Of a DNA stretch of 64,000 nucleotides, positions 49,058-57,498 are shown in pieces; positions within the stretch are counted from its first letter, which is position 1; the number at the start of each line of letters is the position of its first letter. The position numbers and the translations under genes were made by a program. The DNA lies in the NCBI GenBank assembly GCA_024690605.1, contig JAILOV010000063.1, forward strand, positions 15,790 to 79,789, given 5' to 3'. Under the pieces are notes generated by a model, which did no database searches, was not told the origin of the DNA, and saw nothing but the letters and a program-made list of their open reading frames with translations. This stretch comes from Lachnospiraceae bacterium. GTDB lineage: Bacteria; Bacillota; Clostridia; Lachnospirales; Lachnospiraceae.

Positions 49058-49630
49058 CTACTCGTTTTCATAACCCAGAAGGAACGCCTTCTGGTTGATC
49101 TCTACGGTTTTGGGCGGCACCTTTTTCGCGATCGTCGAGAGCCACGCCTCTTTGGGAAAATCCATGTGTCTGGCGGCAAGCCCCAGCACGACATTGTTGA
49201 ACACGCGCGGATTGCCGAGCTTTTTGGCCTCTCCCATGGCATCCACCGCGTAGATCCTGTGCTTTTCGGCAAGTTTTTCCAGGATCCCTTCCGGGTAGAC
49301 TGCCGCGCCGGACACCACCGGCATCGGATCGATCCTCGCGTCATTGACGACGATCACACCGTCCTCCTTGAGGAAATGTGCATACCGGAGAGCCTCCAGG
49401 CGCTCAAAGGCGATCAGCACATCCGCCTGCCCCTCCTCAACGATCGGCTCCGCCACCCTGTCTCCGTAACGGACAAAGGTCACGACCGATCCGCCGCGCT
49501 GTGCCATGCCGTGCACCTCGGACAGTTTGACATCAAAGCCCGCCTCCGTCATGATCCCGCCGAGGATGCGGCTGGTCAGCAGGGTTCCCTGACCGCCGAC
49601 ACCGACGATCATGATATTCTTCGTCTCCAT
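49058..49630 (-). CDS. iorB: Indolepyruvate:ferredoxin oxidoreductase beta subunit
   Basis: IVGVGGQGTLL, SEVHGMAQRGGSV. Confidence 0.92.
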   Translation of the reverse strand: METKNIMIVGVGGQGTLLTSRILGGIMTEAGFDVKLSEVHGMAQRGGSVVTFVRYGDRVAEPIVEEGQADVLIAFERLEALRYAHFLKEDGVIVVNDARIDPMPVVSGAAVYPEGILEKLAEKHRIYAVDAMGEAKKLGNPRVFNNVVLGLAARHMDFPKEAWLSTIAKKVPPKTVEINQKAFLLGYENE

Positions 49631-51378
49631 CACTTTGCCACCTCATATTTCTCGAGCGCGCCGAATTTGCACTGCTGCTCGCACAGTCCGCACCCGTTAC
49701 ACATCGTCTCGTCCACATGCACCGTCCCGTCGGCATTCTTTGTGATCGCAGGGCATCCCGGCTGCAGACACATCCCGCACTTCTTGCATTTCTCGGGGAT
49801 CTCCCGCACCCGGTACGGGAAGGTCTGTCCCTTGAGCAGCGCGCACGGAGCACAGACAATGATCACCGAAAGCGCATCCCTCGCGGTCTCCTCTCTGACG
49901 ACACGCTCCAGTTCCGCGGTATCGAAAGCACTGACCTCCACGACATGCTCGATGTTCATGGCCTTGCAGATCTTGTAGATCGAGATCGCCGGAACTTCTT
50001 CCCCTTTCAGGGTCCTGCCGGTCGCCGCGTGATCCTGGTGCCCGGTCATGCCGGTCGTCGAGTTGTCGAGGATCAGCACGGTTCCCGTGCCGCGGTTGTA
50101 GGACATGTTCTCCAGCGAATTGATGCCCGTGTGCATAAAGGTCGAATCGCCGATGACCGCCACCCAGTTTTTGATATAGGCACTGCCGCGCGCCTTCTCC
50201 ATGCCATGCAGCGTCGAGATCGAGGATCCCATGCAGACGGTCGTGTCGATGACGGAGAGCGGCGCCACCGCGCCGAGCGTGTAGCAGCCGATATCGCCCG
50301 CCGCGTGGAGTTTCAGTTTCTTCAATACGGAGAATGTCGCGCGGTGCGGGCAGCCGGGGCACAGGATCGGCGGTCGCGCGGGAACATCCGCCGCAGGGTC
50401 GATCGCGGGCTTTTTGTTCAGCACCCGCTCCCGCAGCATGTTCGCACTGTACTCTCCCTGCACGGTAAACACATCCTTGCCGTGGCAGTTGATCCCCCAT
50501 GCGCGCACCTGGCGCTCGATCACCGGCTCCAGTTCCTCAAAGATGTAGAGTGTGTCCACCCGGGACGCAAAATCCCTGATCAGTTCCTCGGGCAGCGGAT
50601 TGACCAGACCGAGTTTTAACACGCAGGCATCCGGACACGCCTCTTTGACATAGGTGTACTCGATGCCCTGCGTGATGAAGCCGATGCTCGTGTCGCTTCC
50701 CATCTCAACGCGGTTGAGCGCGCATTTGCTGCCGTAGGCGGACAGATCGTTCATCCGCTTCTCGACGACCACGTGGCGGCCCTTCGCCATCCCCGGCATC
50801 ATGACGCGCTTTCTGATGTCCTTTTCATATTCCCTGACCGGCGGTTCGACGCGGTCCTCGAGTGTCACCATCCCCTGGGAATGCGCGAGTCTCGTCGTCG
50901 TGCGCACGATGACCGGCGTGTCAAACTCCTCGGACAGCGCGAAGGCCGCCTTGACAAAGTCCTTGGCCTCCTGGGAATCCGACGGTTCGATCACCGGCAC
51001 GAGCGCCGCCAGCGCCACCGCCCGGGTGTCCTGTTCATTCTGCGAGCTGTAAAGCCCCGGATCATCCGCGGCGATCATCACCAGCCCCCCGTCCGCGCCG
51101 ATATAGGAAACGGAATAGAGCGGATCCGCCGCGACATTGACACCCACGTGTTTCATGCTCGCCATGGCGCGGACACCCGCGAACGACGCCCCGATTGCCA
51201 CCTCCATCGCCACCTTTTCATTCGGTGCCCACTCCGCGTAGATCTCGGGATACTTCACGATATTCTCGCTGATCTCCGTGGAAGGTGTCCCCGGATAAGC
51301 GGCACTCACCTTGACCCCTGCCTCCCAGGCACCGCGGGCGATCGCCTCGTTGCCCAGCATCAACTGTTTCTCAGCCAT
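49630..51378 (-). CDS. iorA: Indolepyruvate:ferredoxin oxidoreductase alpha subunit
   Basis: LGNEAIARG, YPGTPSTE, RPPILCPGCPHR, GDIGCY, IGDSTF, C-terminal ferredoxin motifs. Confidence 0.94.
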   Translation of the reverse strand: MAEKQLMLGNEAIARGAWEAGVKVSAAYPGTPSTEISENIVKYPEIYAEWAPNEKVAMEVAIGASFAGVRAMASMKHVGVNVAADPLYSVSYIGADGGLVMIAADDPGLYSSQNEQDTRAVALAALVPVIEPSDSQEAKDFVKAAFALSEEFDTPVIVRTTTRLAHSQGMVTLEDRVEPPVREYEKDIRKRVMMPGMAKGRHVVVEKRMNDLSAYGSKCALNRVEMGSDTSIGFITQGIEYTYVKEACPDACVLKLGLVNPLPEELIRDFASRVDTLYIFEELEPVIERQVRAWGINCHGKDVFTVQGEYSANMLRERVLNKKPAIDPAADVPARPPILCPGCPHRATFSVLKKLKLHAAGDIGCYTLGAVAPLSVIDTTVCMGSSISTLHGMEKARGSAYIKNWVAVIGDSTFMHTGINSLENMSYNRGTGTVLILDNSTTGMTGHQDHAATGRTLKGEEVPAISIYKICKAMNIEHVVEVSAFDTAELERVVREETARDALSVIIVCAPCALLKGQTFPYRVREIPEKCKKCGMCLQPGCPAITKNADGTVHVDETMCNGCGLCEQQCKFGALEKYEVAK

Positions 51379-51422
51379 TCTTCCTCCTGTCCTTCCTTTC
51401 TACGTCTCGTTGCTCACCGTCC

Positions 51423-52325
51423 TCAGCACGCCTTTTTCCGGCTCTTTCCCGCTGTCAGTTCGGTGTAGAATTCATAAGCCTCTTTGTCGGTATAACCCTC
51501 GTGCACCACCTTGCGCACGGCCTGTGCCATCTCCACGGGATGTGTCGACTGGAAGATGTTCCTGCCCATGTCGACGCCGGCGGCGCCGCCCTGAATGACG
51601 CGCCAGGCGAGCGTCAGTGCCTCCTTCTCCGGCAGTTTCTTGCCGCCCGCAATGACAAGCGGCACCGGACACGCGGCGACAACCTCTTCAAAATTGTCGC
51701 AGTAATAGGTCTTGACAATCTGGCATCCCATCTCGGCCAGGATCCTCGTGGCCAGTTTGAAGAAGCGGTCCGTCCGCTCCATTTCCTTGCCGACGGCCAC
51801 GACGCCGAGGGTCGGGATACTGTACCGGATCCCGGCGTTGATCACCTGAGAGAGATTCTCCAGGCTCGAGAGCTGTCCGTCCGCGCCGATAAAGGTCTGC
51901 ACCGCCATGCAGTCGGCATTCATGCGGATCGCGTCCTCAATGTTCACCGCGACGGTCTCATGGGAGAGATCGTCATTGAGCATGGAGGAACCGGAGGTCA
52001 CCCGGAGCGCCACCCCGCAGGAGGTGCTCGCCGGGACGCAGGTCCTGAGCGCTCCTCTGGTCGCCATCAGCACGTCAACATAGGGCATCAGCGGCGGGAT
52101 CACCAGATCCAGACGCTCCAGCCCCGAAGTGGAGCCCATGAAATAGCCGTGATCAAAAGCGAACATGACGGTCTTCCCGGTCTTCGGATCGAAGATGCGG
52201 GACAGATGCTTCTTCATGCCCCAGTCCAGACCGTTCGCACCCTTCACATGGAAATCCCCCATGTTGGCAAACGCTTCCTTTACATGATAGTCCTTGGCAA
52301 CCTTGAGACCGTCCCTGTCAGCCAT
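51423..52325 (-). CDS. lsrF: 3-hydroxy-5-phosphonooxypentane-2,4-dione thiolase LsrF (class I aldolase fold)
   Basis: LDWGMKKHLSRIFDPKTGKTVMFAFDHGYFMG, IVKTYY (catalytic Lys), IAGGKK, GVDMGRNIFQ, closely matching enteric LsrF. Confidence 0.9.
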   Translation of the reverse strand: MADRDGLKVAKDYHVKEAFANMGDFHVKGANGLDWGMKKHLSRIFDPKTGKTVMFAFDHGYFMGSTSGLERLDLVIPPLMPYVDVLMATRGALRTCVPASTSCGVALRVTSGSSMLNDDLSHETVAVNIEDAIRMNADCMAVQTFIGADGQLSSLENLSQVINAGIRYSIPTLGVVAVGKEMERTDRFFKLATRILAEMGCQIVKTYYCDNFEEVVAACPVPLVIAGGKKLPEKEALTLAWRVIQGGAAGVDMGRNIFQSTHPVEMAQAVRKVVHEGYTDKEAYEFYTELTAGKSRKKAC

Positions 52326-52396
52326 CGTCCTCCTCCTTTGCAATGTTGCTTTTTACGCACAACGCGGGTATCATTATAACACACAGGAGGTGCGTT

Positions 52397-53974
52397 TTGA
52401 ATAAGGATTATTTACTTGCCATCGACGCGGGCACCGGAAGCGTCCGCGCCGTTCTTTTCGACCGGAAAGGCACGCAGATCGGCGTCGCCCAGAGAGAATG
52501 GGAGCATCTGTCCGATCCCCGTTTCCCCGGCAGCATGAATTTTGACTGGACCACCAACTGGCCGCTCGCCTGCACCTGCATCCGTCAGGTCGTGCGGGAA
52601 GCGGGCATCTCCCCGGAGGCGATCGCCGCCGTGTCCACCACCTGCATGCGGGAGGGGATTCTGCTCTATGACCGGGACGGCAGGGAGATCTGGGGCTGTG
52701 CCAACGTGGATTCCCGCAGCACTGACGAGGTGGCACAGCTGGTCAGGACGCAGCCCGATCTGGAAAAGAAGCTCTACGCGATCTCCGGCGAGGCCTTTGC
52801 GCTGGGTGCGCTCCCCAGACTTCTCTGGGTGAAGAACAAGATGCCGGAGATCTATGAAAAGACCGCCCGCATCGGCATGTTCAATGACTGGCTGATCTAC
52901 CGGCTCACGGGCATCCTGTCCGTCGAACCGAGCAATGGCTCCACGACGGGGCTTTTCGATCTGAAAAAGCGCACCTGGGATCCCGCTGTCGCGGAAAGCG
53001 TCGGCCTGCGGACGGACATCTTCCCGCCCGTCAGCGAATGCGGCCGGAAAGCCGCGGAGATCAACGAACAGGGCGCAGCGGACACCGGGCTCGCGGTCGG
53101 AACGCCGGTCATCGTCGGCGGCGGAGATTCCCAGCTGGGCTGCGTCGGCGTGGGGGTCGTGAAACCGAATCAGGCGGCGATCTTCGGCGGCAGCTTCTGG
53201 CAGTATGAATACAACACGGACAGCGGCGATACGGATCCCGACTGCCGCGTCCGTGTCAACTGTCATGCGGTCCCGGGTGTCTGGCAATATGAAGCTCTGG
53301 CCTTCAATCCCGGTCTCGTCATGCGATGGTTCCGTGACGGCTTCTGCCAGCATGAAGCCGCGATCGCCGCACAGACCGGTGAGGACATCTACGATCTGAT
53401 GAACCGCGAAGCGGAAAAGATCCCCGCCGGCTCGAACGGCATGATGTGCACCTTTTCCGACGTGATGAACTTCACCTGCTGGAAGCACGCGTCACCGACC
53501 TTCACCAATTTCAGCATCGACCCGAAGCTGCACAACCGCTACACCTTTTACCGGGCCATCCTGGAAAACGCGGCGCTGGTCACCAGAGGCCACGTGGATC
53601 TCGTGCGGGAAGCGACCGGCAACATGCCGTCCGAAGTGGTCTTCGCCGGCGGTGCCTCCAAGAGCCCGCTGTGGTGTCAGATCCTCGCGGATGTACTGGG
53701 ACTTCCCGTCAGAGTGCCCGTTGTCAAAGAGGCGACCGCTCTCGGCGCGGCGATCATCGCGGGCGTCGGTGCGGGGATCTACCGGGACGCGCAGGACGGC
53801 GCGGAACAGTGCGTCCGCTGGGAGAAGACCTGCACGCCGGATCCCGCCGCTCATGCCGTCTACGAAGAGATGTATCCTGTCTGGCGCGAAATCTACGCCG
53901 CGCAGCTTGCGCTCTGCGACAGAGGACTCACACGGAACATGTGGATCGCACCGGGGCTGGCCCCGCTTTCATGA
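52397..53974 (+). CDS. lsrK: Autoinducer-2 (DPD) kinase LsrK, FGGY family
   Basis: TTG start after GGAGG; YLLAIDAGTGSVRAV...EWEH...PGSMNFD, STTCMREG, WGCANVDSR, EPSNGSTTG; divergent from lsrF. Confidence 0.85.
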   Translation: MNKDYLLAIDAGTGSVRAVLFDRKGTQIGVAQREWEHLSDPRFPGSMNFDWTTNWPLACTCIRQVVREAGISPEAIAAVSTTCMREGILLYDRDGREIWGCANVDSRSTDEVAQLVRTQPDLEKKLYAISGEAFALGALPRLLWVKNKMPEIYEKTARIGMFNDWLIYRLTGILSVEPSNGSTTGLFDLKKRTWDPAVAESVGLRTDIFPPVSECGRKAAEINEQGAADTGLAVGTPVIVGGGDSQLGCVGVGVVKPNQAAIFGGSFWQYEYNTDSGDTDPDCRVRVNCHAVPGVWQYEALAFNPGLVMRWFRDGFCQHEAAIAAQTGEDIYDLMNREAEKIPAGSNGMMCTFSDVMNFTCWKHASPTFTNFSIDPKLHNRYTFYRAILENAALVTRGHVDLVREATGNMPSEVVFAGGASKSPLWCQILADVLGLPVRVPVVKEATALGAAIIAGVGAGIYRDAQDGAEQCVRWEKTCTPDPAAHAVYEEMYPVWREIYAAQLALCDRGLTRNMWIAPGLAPLS

Positions 53975-53986
53975 AAGGAGACTGCC

Positions 53987-54331
53987 ATGTTTGTCGTACA
54001 TGAAGATGATTTTTCCTATCGATTCGGGGACAGCGGTCCGAAATATCTGATGAAGGGGCCGCGCATGAATTTTGCGCTCGTGCAGTTCCAGCCCGGTCAG
54101 GACTTTCCGGCACATTATCACAATATCATGGAGGAGAATTTCTACATCCTGAGCGGTGAGATCGATATCTACGTGGACGGTAAGGTCAACCACCTGAAGG
54201 AAGGTCAGATGATCCACATCGAGCCCGGTGAAGTGCATTACTGCGTCAACAACTCCGACCGGCCGATCAAAATGGTGTCAACGCTGGCGCCTTATCAGGA
54301 ATCGGACAAGGTCGAGGTGCCGAATCCGTAA
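53987..54331 (+). CDS. Cupin-domain protein (114 aa) with intact metal site
   Basis: FPAHYHNIMEENFYILSG and GQMIHIEPGEVHYCVN; RBS AAGGAG directly after the lsrK stop. Confidence 0.85.
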   Translation: MFVVHEDDFSYRFGDSGPKYLMKGPRMNFALVQFQPGQDFPAHYHNIMEENFYILSGEIDIYVDGKVNHLKEGQMIHIEPGEVHYCVNNSDRPIKMVSTLAPYQESDKVEVPNP

Positions 54332-54340
54332 CGGACGTCT

Positions 54341-55384
54341 CTACAGGGCGCCCGTGTAGAGCTGATAGGCAACGGCGCCCCAGGTCTCCCGGTTCTTTTT
54401 GAAGATCCCGGCGAACTGCCCGATGGGAACGGGATTGGCTGTCCCGATCTCGACGGTCACGGTCGGCCGCTGGAATTCCGCCGTCACAAAATCCGCGAAA
54501 CAGCCGCTGCCGCCCGATGCCTGATCCTTTCTGATCCCCTTGTATCCCGTGTAGCTGCGGATCGTGTCCATGAGCGTCTTCGAGCGGGCATGCGTCGCTT
54601 CGTTCGCCATGACATCGCTGTAGTAGATGATATTTCCCGAAGTGTGATAATTGATGTGCGCGGCAAATCCCTGTGAACGCGCGCAGGAGATGAGTGCCTG
54701 CGTTTCCGGTTCACTGGCGGGGGAGAAACCGCAGAAGAACTCGATCCACGGATCCGGGTGTTTGTATGCGCTGCCGCCGAAACCCTGGGCGAAATTCTGA
54801 TTGAGATCGACGCCGTTGCTGTTGGCCTTGAACTGCTTCAGATTCCCGCCGGTCCGCACGATGCTGTTGAGCCATTCGACGGTGTTCGGTCTGACCGCAG
54901 CCGCCGCTCCCTGCTGGGAGATCATCACACCGTCCGGATTGACCATGGGAAGGATGACAAAGCAGGTGTCCGACAGGAGCGTAGTATATGGGACATCATG
55001 GATCTGCTTCCGGTCATAGTTGCTGCAGATATACTCCACGATCTCCATGACCAGCTGGGAGGTCATGTATTCCCTGGCATGCATGGACGCCTGGATCATG
55101 ACCCTGTGCGGCGCCGCCGCGTTCCCCAGCGTCAGCTGCAGGATCTCACGGCCCTGCACGCTCTGTCCGACGCACGAGGAAGTCAGAAGACCGGGATATT
55201 TTGCGCACAGCTGCTGCACATCCTCCCGCATCTCATCGTAACTGTATTTCTGATGGTCCGTGGAGACGATATCGGCGGGGATCTCCGCCGCTGACGCGGG
55301 AACAGACAGCACAAGCCAGCCGGCAAGGATCGCGATGATCCCGGCCGTCAATCTGATCAGGGATCGGATGCTGTTTCCGGTCAT
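54341..55384 (-). CDS. Secreted M14 zinc peptidase (gamma-D-glutamyl-meso-DAP peptidase-like)
   Basis: Signal peptide, HAREY, NPDG, KANSNGVDLN, NYHT, TVEIG. Confidence 0.85.
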   Translation of the reverse strand: MTGNSIRSLIRLTAGIIAILAGWLVLSVPASAAEIPADIVSTDHQKYSYDEMREDVQQLCAKYPGLLTSSCVGQSVQGREILQLTLGNAAAPHRVMIQASMHAREYMTSQLVMEIVEYICSNYDRKQIHDVPYTTLLSDTCFVILPMVNPDGVMISQQGAAAAVRPNTVEWLNSIVRTGGNLKQFKANSNGVDLNQNFAQGFGGSAYKHPDPWIEFFCGFSPASEPETQALISCARSQGFAAHINYHTSGNIIYYSDVMANEATHARSKTLMDTIRSYTGYKGIRKDQASGGSGCFADFVTAEFQRPTVTVEIGTANPVPIGQFAGIFKKNRETWGAVAYQLYTGAL

Positions 55385-55420
55385 ACCTGCCTCCTGCTCT
55401 GCTCCGCTTCGGATCCGTCT

Positions 55421-55460
55421 AAAAATCCCGAAACCCTTGATCGCTCAAAGATTTCGGGAT
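55421..55460 (-). terminator. Terminator downstream of tRNA-Cys
   Basis: atcccgaaa...tttcgggat stem followed on the minus strand by TTTT. Confidence 0.65.
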
Positions 55461-55469
55461 CTTTCCTAC

Positions 55470-55541
55470 AGGTGCGGGACGGATTTGAACCGACGCATCA
55501 GGGAGTTGCAGTCCCACGCCTTACCACTTGGCTACCGCACC
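55470..55541 (-). tRNA. tRNA-Cys(GCA), CCA not encoded
   Basis: ggtgcgg acceptor stem, D-loop agccaagtggtaaggc, anticodon loop ctGCAac, T-loop ggttcaaatcc, U discriminator. Confidence 0.95.
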
Positions 55542-55553
55542 ATACGTCCGTGT

Positions 55554-55582
55554 ATTTTACTATAAGGGAAAAATCCTGTCAA
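55554..55582 (-). promoter_or_regulatory. sigma-A promoter of tRNA-Cys
   Basis: TTGACA-17 bp-TAAAAT. Confidence 0.75.
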
Positions 55583-55715
55583 GATTTCATTTCCGCACTG
55601 CCGCATCGGGATCCCGGCGCGGAAACATCAAAATCTGACGGAGATCCATCAAAAACCGATAAGCATACGGATGCGGCCGGGTCTATACTGTTTCTGACGG
55701 GAAAGGAGGATATTT

Positions 55716-56549
55716 ATGCGTTTAGGAACTTCATCACCGCTGCAGCACGATTCTCCCGAACAATGGGCGGCGCGGCACAAAGCGCTCGGGTGTGCGGCGG
55801 TCGTGTTCCCGGTACAGAGCGATGAACCGGAGGAGAGGATCCTTGCCTACAAAGCGGCCGCGGACCGTGCCGGACTCACTGTCGCGGAGGTCGGGATCTG
55901 GAGAAACGCACTGTCGCGGGATCCCGATGAGAGAAAACGGAACATGGATTACTGTGTGGAGCAGCTGCGACTGGCGGACTTCCTCGGTGCCGGATGCTGT
56001 GTCAACGTGGCAGGTGCCTTCGGCCCGGTGTGGGACGGTCCGTACAGAGAAAACTTCACGGCGCAGGCCAGACAGGAGACCGTCCGTATGGTGCGGGAGA
56101 TCATCGACCGGGCAGATGTGAAGCACACCTTTTTCACGCTGGAACCGATGCCGTGGATGATCCCCACGGGACCGGAGGACTATGCCCGTCTTCTCGACGA
56201 AGTGGATCGCGACCGGTTTGCCGTGCATATGGATATCATCAACATGACGAGCTCCGTCGACCGCTATTTTCACGCTGAGGAACTGATCGACGCCTGCGCG
56301 GAGCTTCTGGGAAGCAGGATCAAAAGCTGTCATATCAAGGATGTGCATCTGAACGGTGCCTACACCGCGCAGCTGGTGGAATGCGCCCCGGGTTGCGGTG
56401 AATTCCCGATCCGGCACTATGTAGAAAAAATGCACGCCGTCGATCCGGATATGCCGATGATCCTGGAGCATCTGCGGACGGACGAAGAATATCTGAAGTA
56501 TATGGCTTATCTTAAGGAGGTTCTGCATGGACTATACAAGACAGTCTGA
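55716..56549 (+). CDS. Sugar phosphate isomerase/epimerase, xylose-isomerase-like TIM barrel
   Basis: LEPM, VHMDIIN, CHIKD, ILEH metal-ligand pattern; RBS AGGAGG. Confidence 0.8.
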   Translation: MRLGTSSPLQHDSPEQWAARHKALGCAAVVFPVQSDEPEERILAYKAAADRAGLTVAEVGIWRNALSRDPDERKRNMDYCVEQLRLADFLGAGCCVNVAGAFGPVWDGPYRENFTAQARQETVRMVREIIDRADVKHTFFTLEPMPWMIPTGPEDYARLLDEVDRDRFAVHMDIINMTSSVDRYFHAEELIDACAELLGSRIKSCHIKDVHLNGAYTAQLVECAPGCGEFPIRHYVEKMHAVDPDMPMILEHLRTDEEYLKYMAYLKEVLHGLYKTV

Positions 56550-57456
56550 CGCCAATGTCATCACGCAGCGGTACATGGATTCCATCCTGTTCGAGGCGAG
56601 ATATATCGACTCCGTCAGGGCGGAGCTGACTACGGATTTTCTGGGTGAGACCTTTGACCTGCCGGTCATGATGCCGGCGTTTTCCCATCTGGGCAATTAC
56701 GCGGGGAGAGAGCGGAACGGCCTGGAGGAATATGCACTCGCGGCCGCGGAATGCGGCGTTCTTAATTTCTGCGGCATGATGGAAAATGACCAGTTTGAGA
56801 AGATCGTGAAGACCGGTGCAAAGACGGTGCGGATCGTCAAGCCCTACGCGGATCAGGGCAAGGTGCGCGATCAGATGCAGTTCGCGGAAGCCGCCGGTGC
56901 CTTTGCCGTCGGGATGGACATTGATCACATCTTCGGGGAGAAAGGTTATGACGTGGTCGTCGGGGAGGATATGGCGGCGCAGACGTCGGAGATGCTGCGT
57001 TCCTATGTGGAGCTCACGAAACTGCCCTTTGTGGTCAAGGGTGTCCTGAGTGTCTCCGATGCCGTGAAATGCGCAGATATCGGCGCAAAAGCGATCATCG
57101 TCAGTCATCATCACGGGCGGCTTCCCTATGCCGTTCCGCCGATGATGGTCCTGCCGGAGATCAAAAAAGCTCTGGCCGGAAAAGAGGTCGGGATCATTGT
57201 CGACTGCGGGATCGCGACCGGCGCGGATGTGTTCAAGGCGATCGCTCTGGGAGCCGATGCGGCCGCGGTCGGACGCGCCATGCTGCCCTCACTGGAGCAG
57301 GAGGGAACGCCGGGGGTATCGGCTTTTATCCGGGGGATCGGCGACGAGCTCCGCTTCATCATGGGATCAACGGGATACCGCCGCGTTTCCGATATCGATG
57401 CTTCGGTCCTGCATTTCCCGAACGACGAAATGCCGATCCGAAAAGGCCTGTTGTAA
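56527..57456 (+). CDS. FMN-dependent alpha-hydroxy-acid dehydrogenase family protein (short form)
   Basis: LPFVVKGVLS, IVSHHHGR, IVDCGIATGADVFKAIALGADAAAVGR. Confidence 0.78.
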   Translation: MDYTRQSDANVITQRYMDSILFEARYIDSVRAELTTDFLGETFDLPVMMPAFSHLGNYAGRERNGLEEYALAAAECGVLNFCGMMENDQFEKIVKTGAKTVRIVKPYADQGKVRDQMQFAEAAGAFAVGMDIDHIFGEKGYDVVVGEDMAAQTSEMLRSYVELTKLPFVVKGVLSVSDAVKCADIGAKAIIVSHHHGRLPYAVPPMMVLPEIKKALAGKEVGIIVDCGIATGADVFKAIALGADAAAVGRAMLPSLEQEGTPGVSAFIRGIGDELRFIMGSTGYRRVSDIDASVLHFPNDEMPIRKGLL

Positions 57457-57498
57457 AAACCGGACATTTCCTCTATGATGGATTCCGGAGGTAACAGC

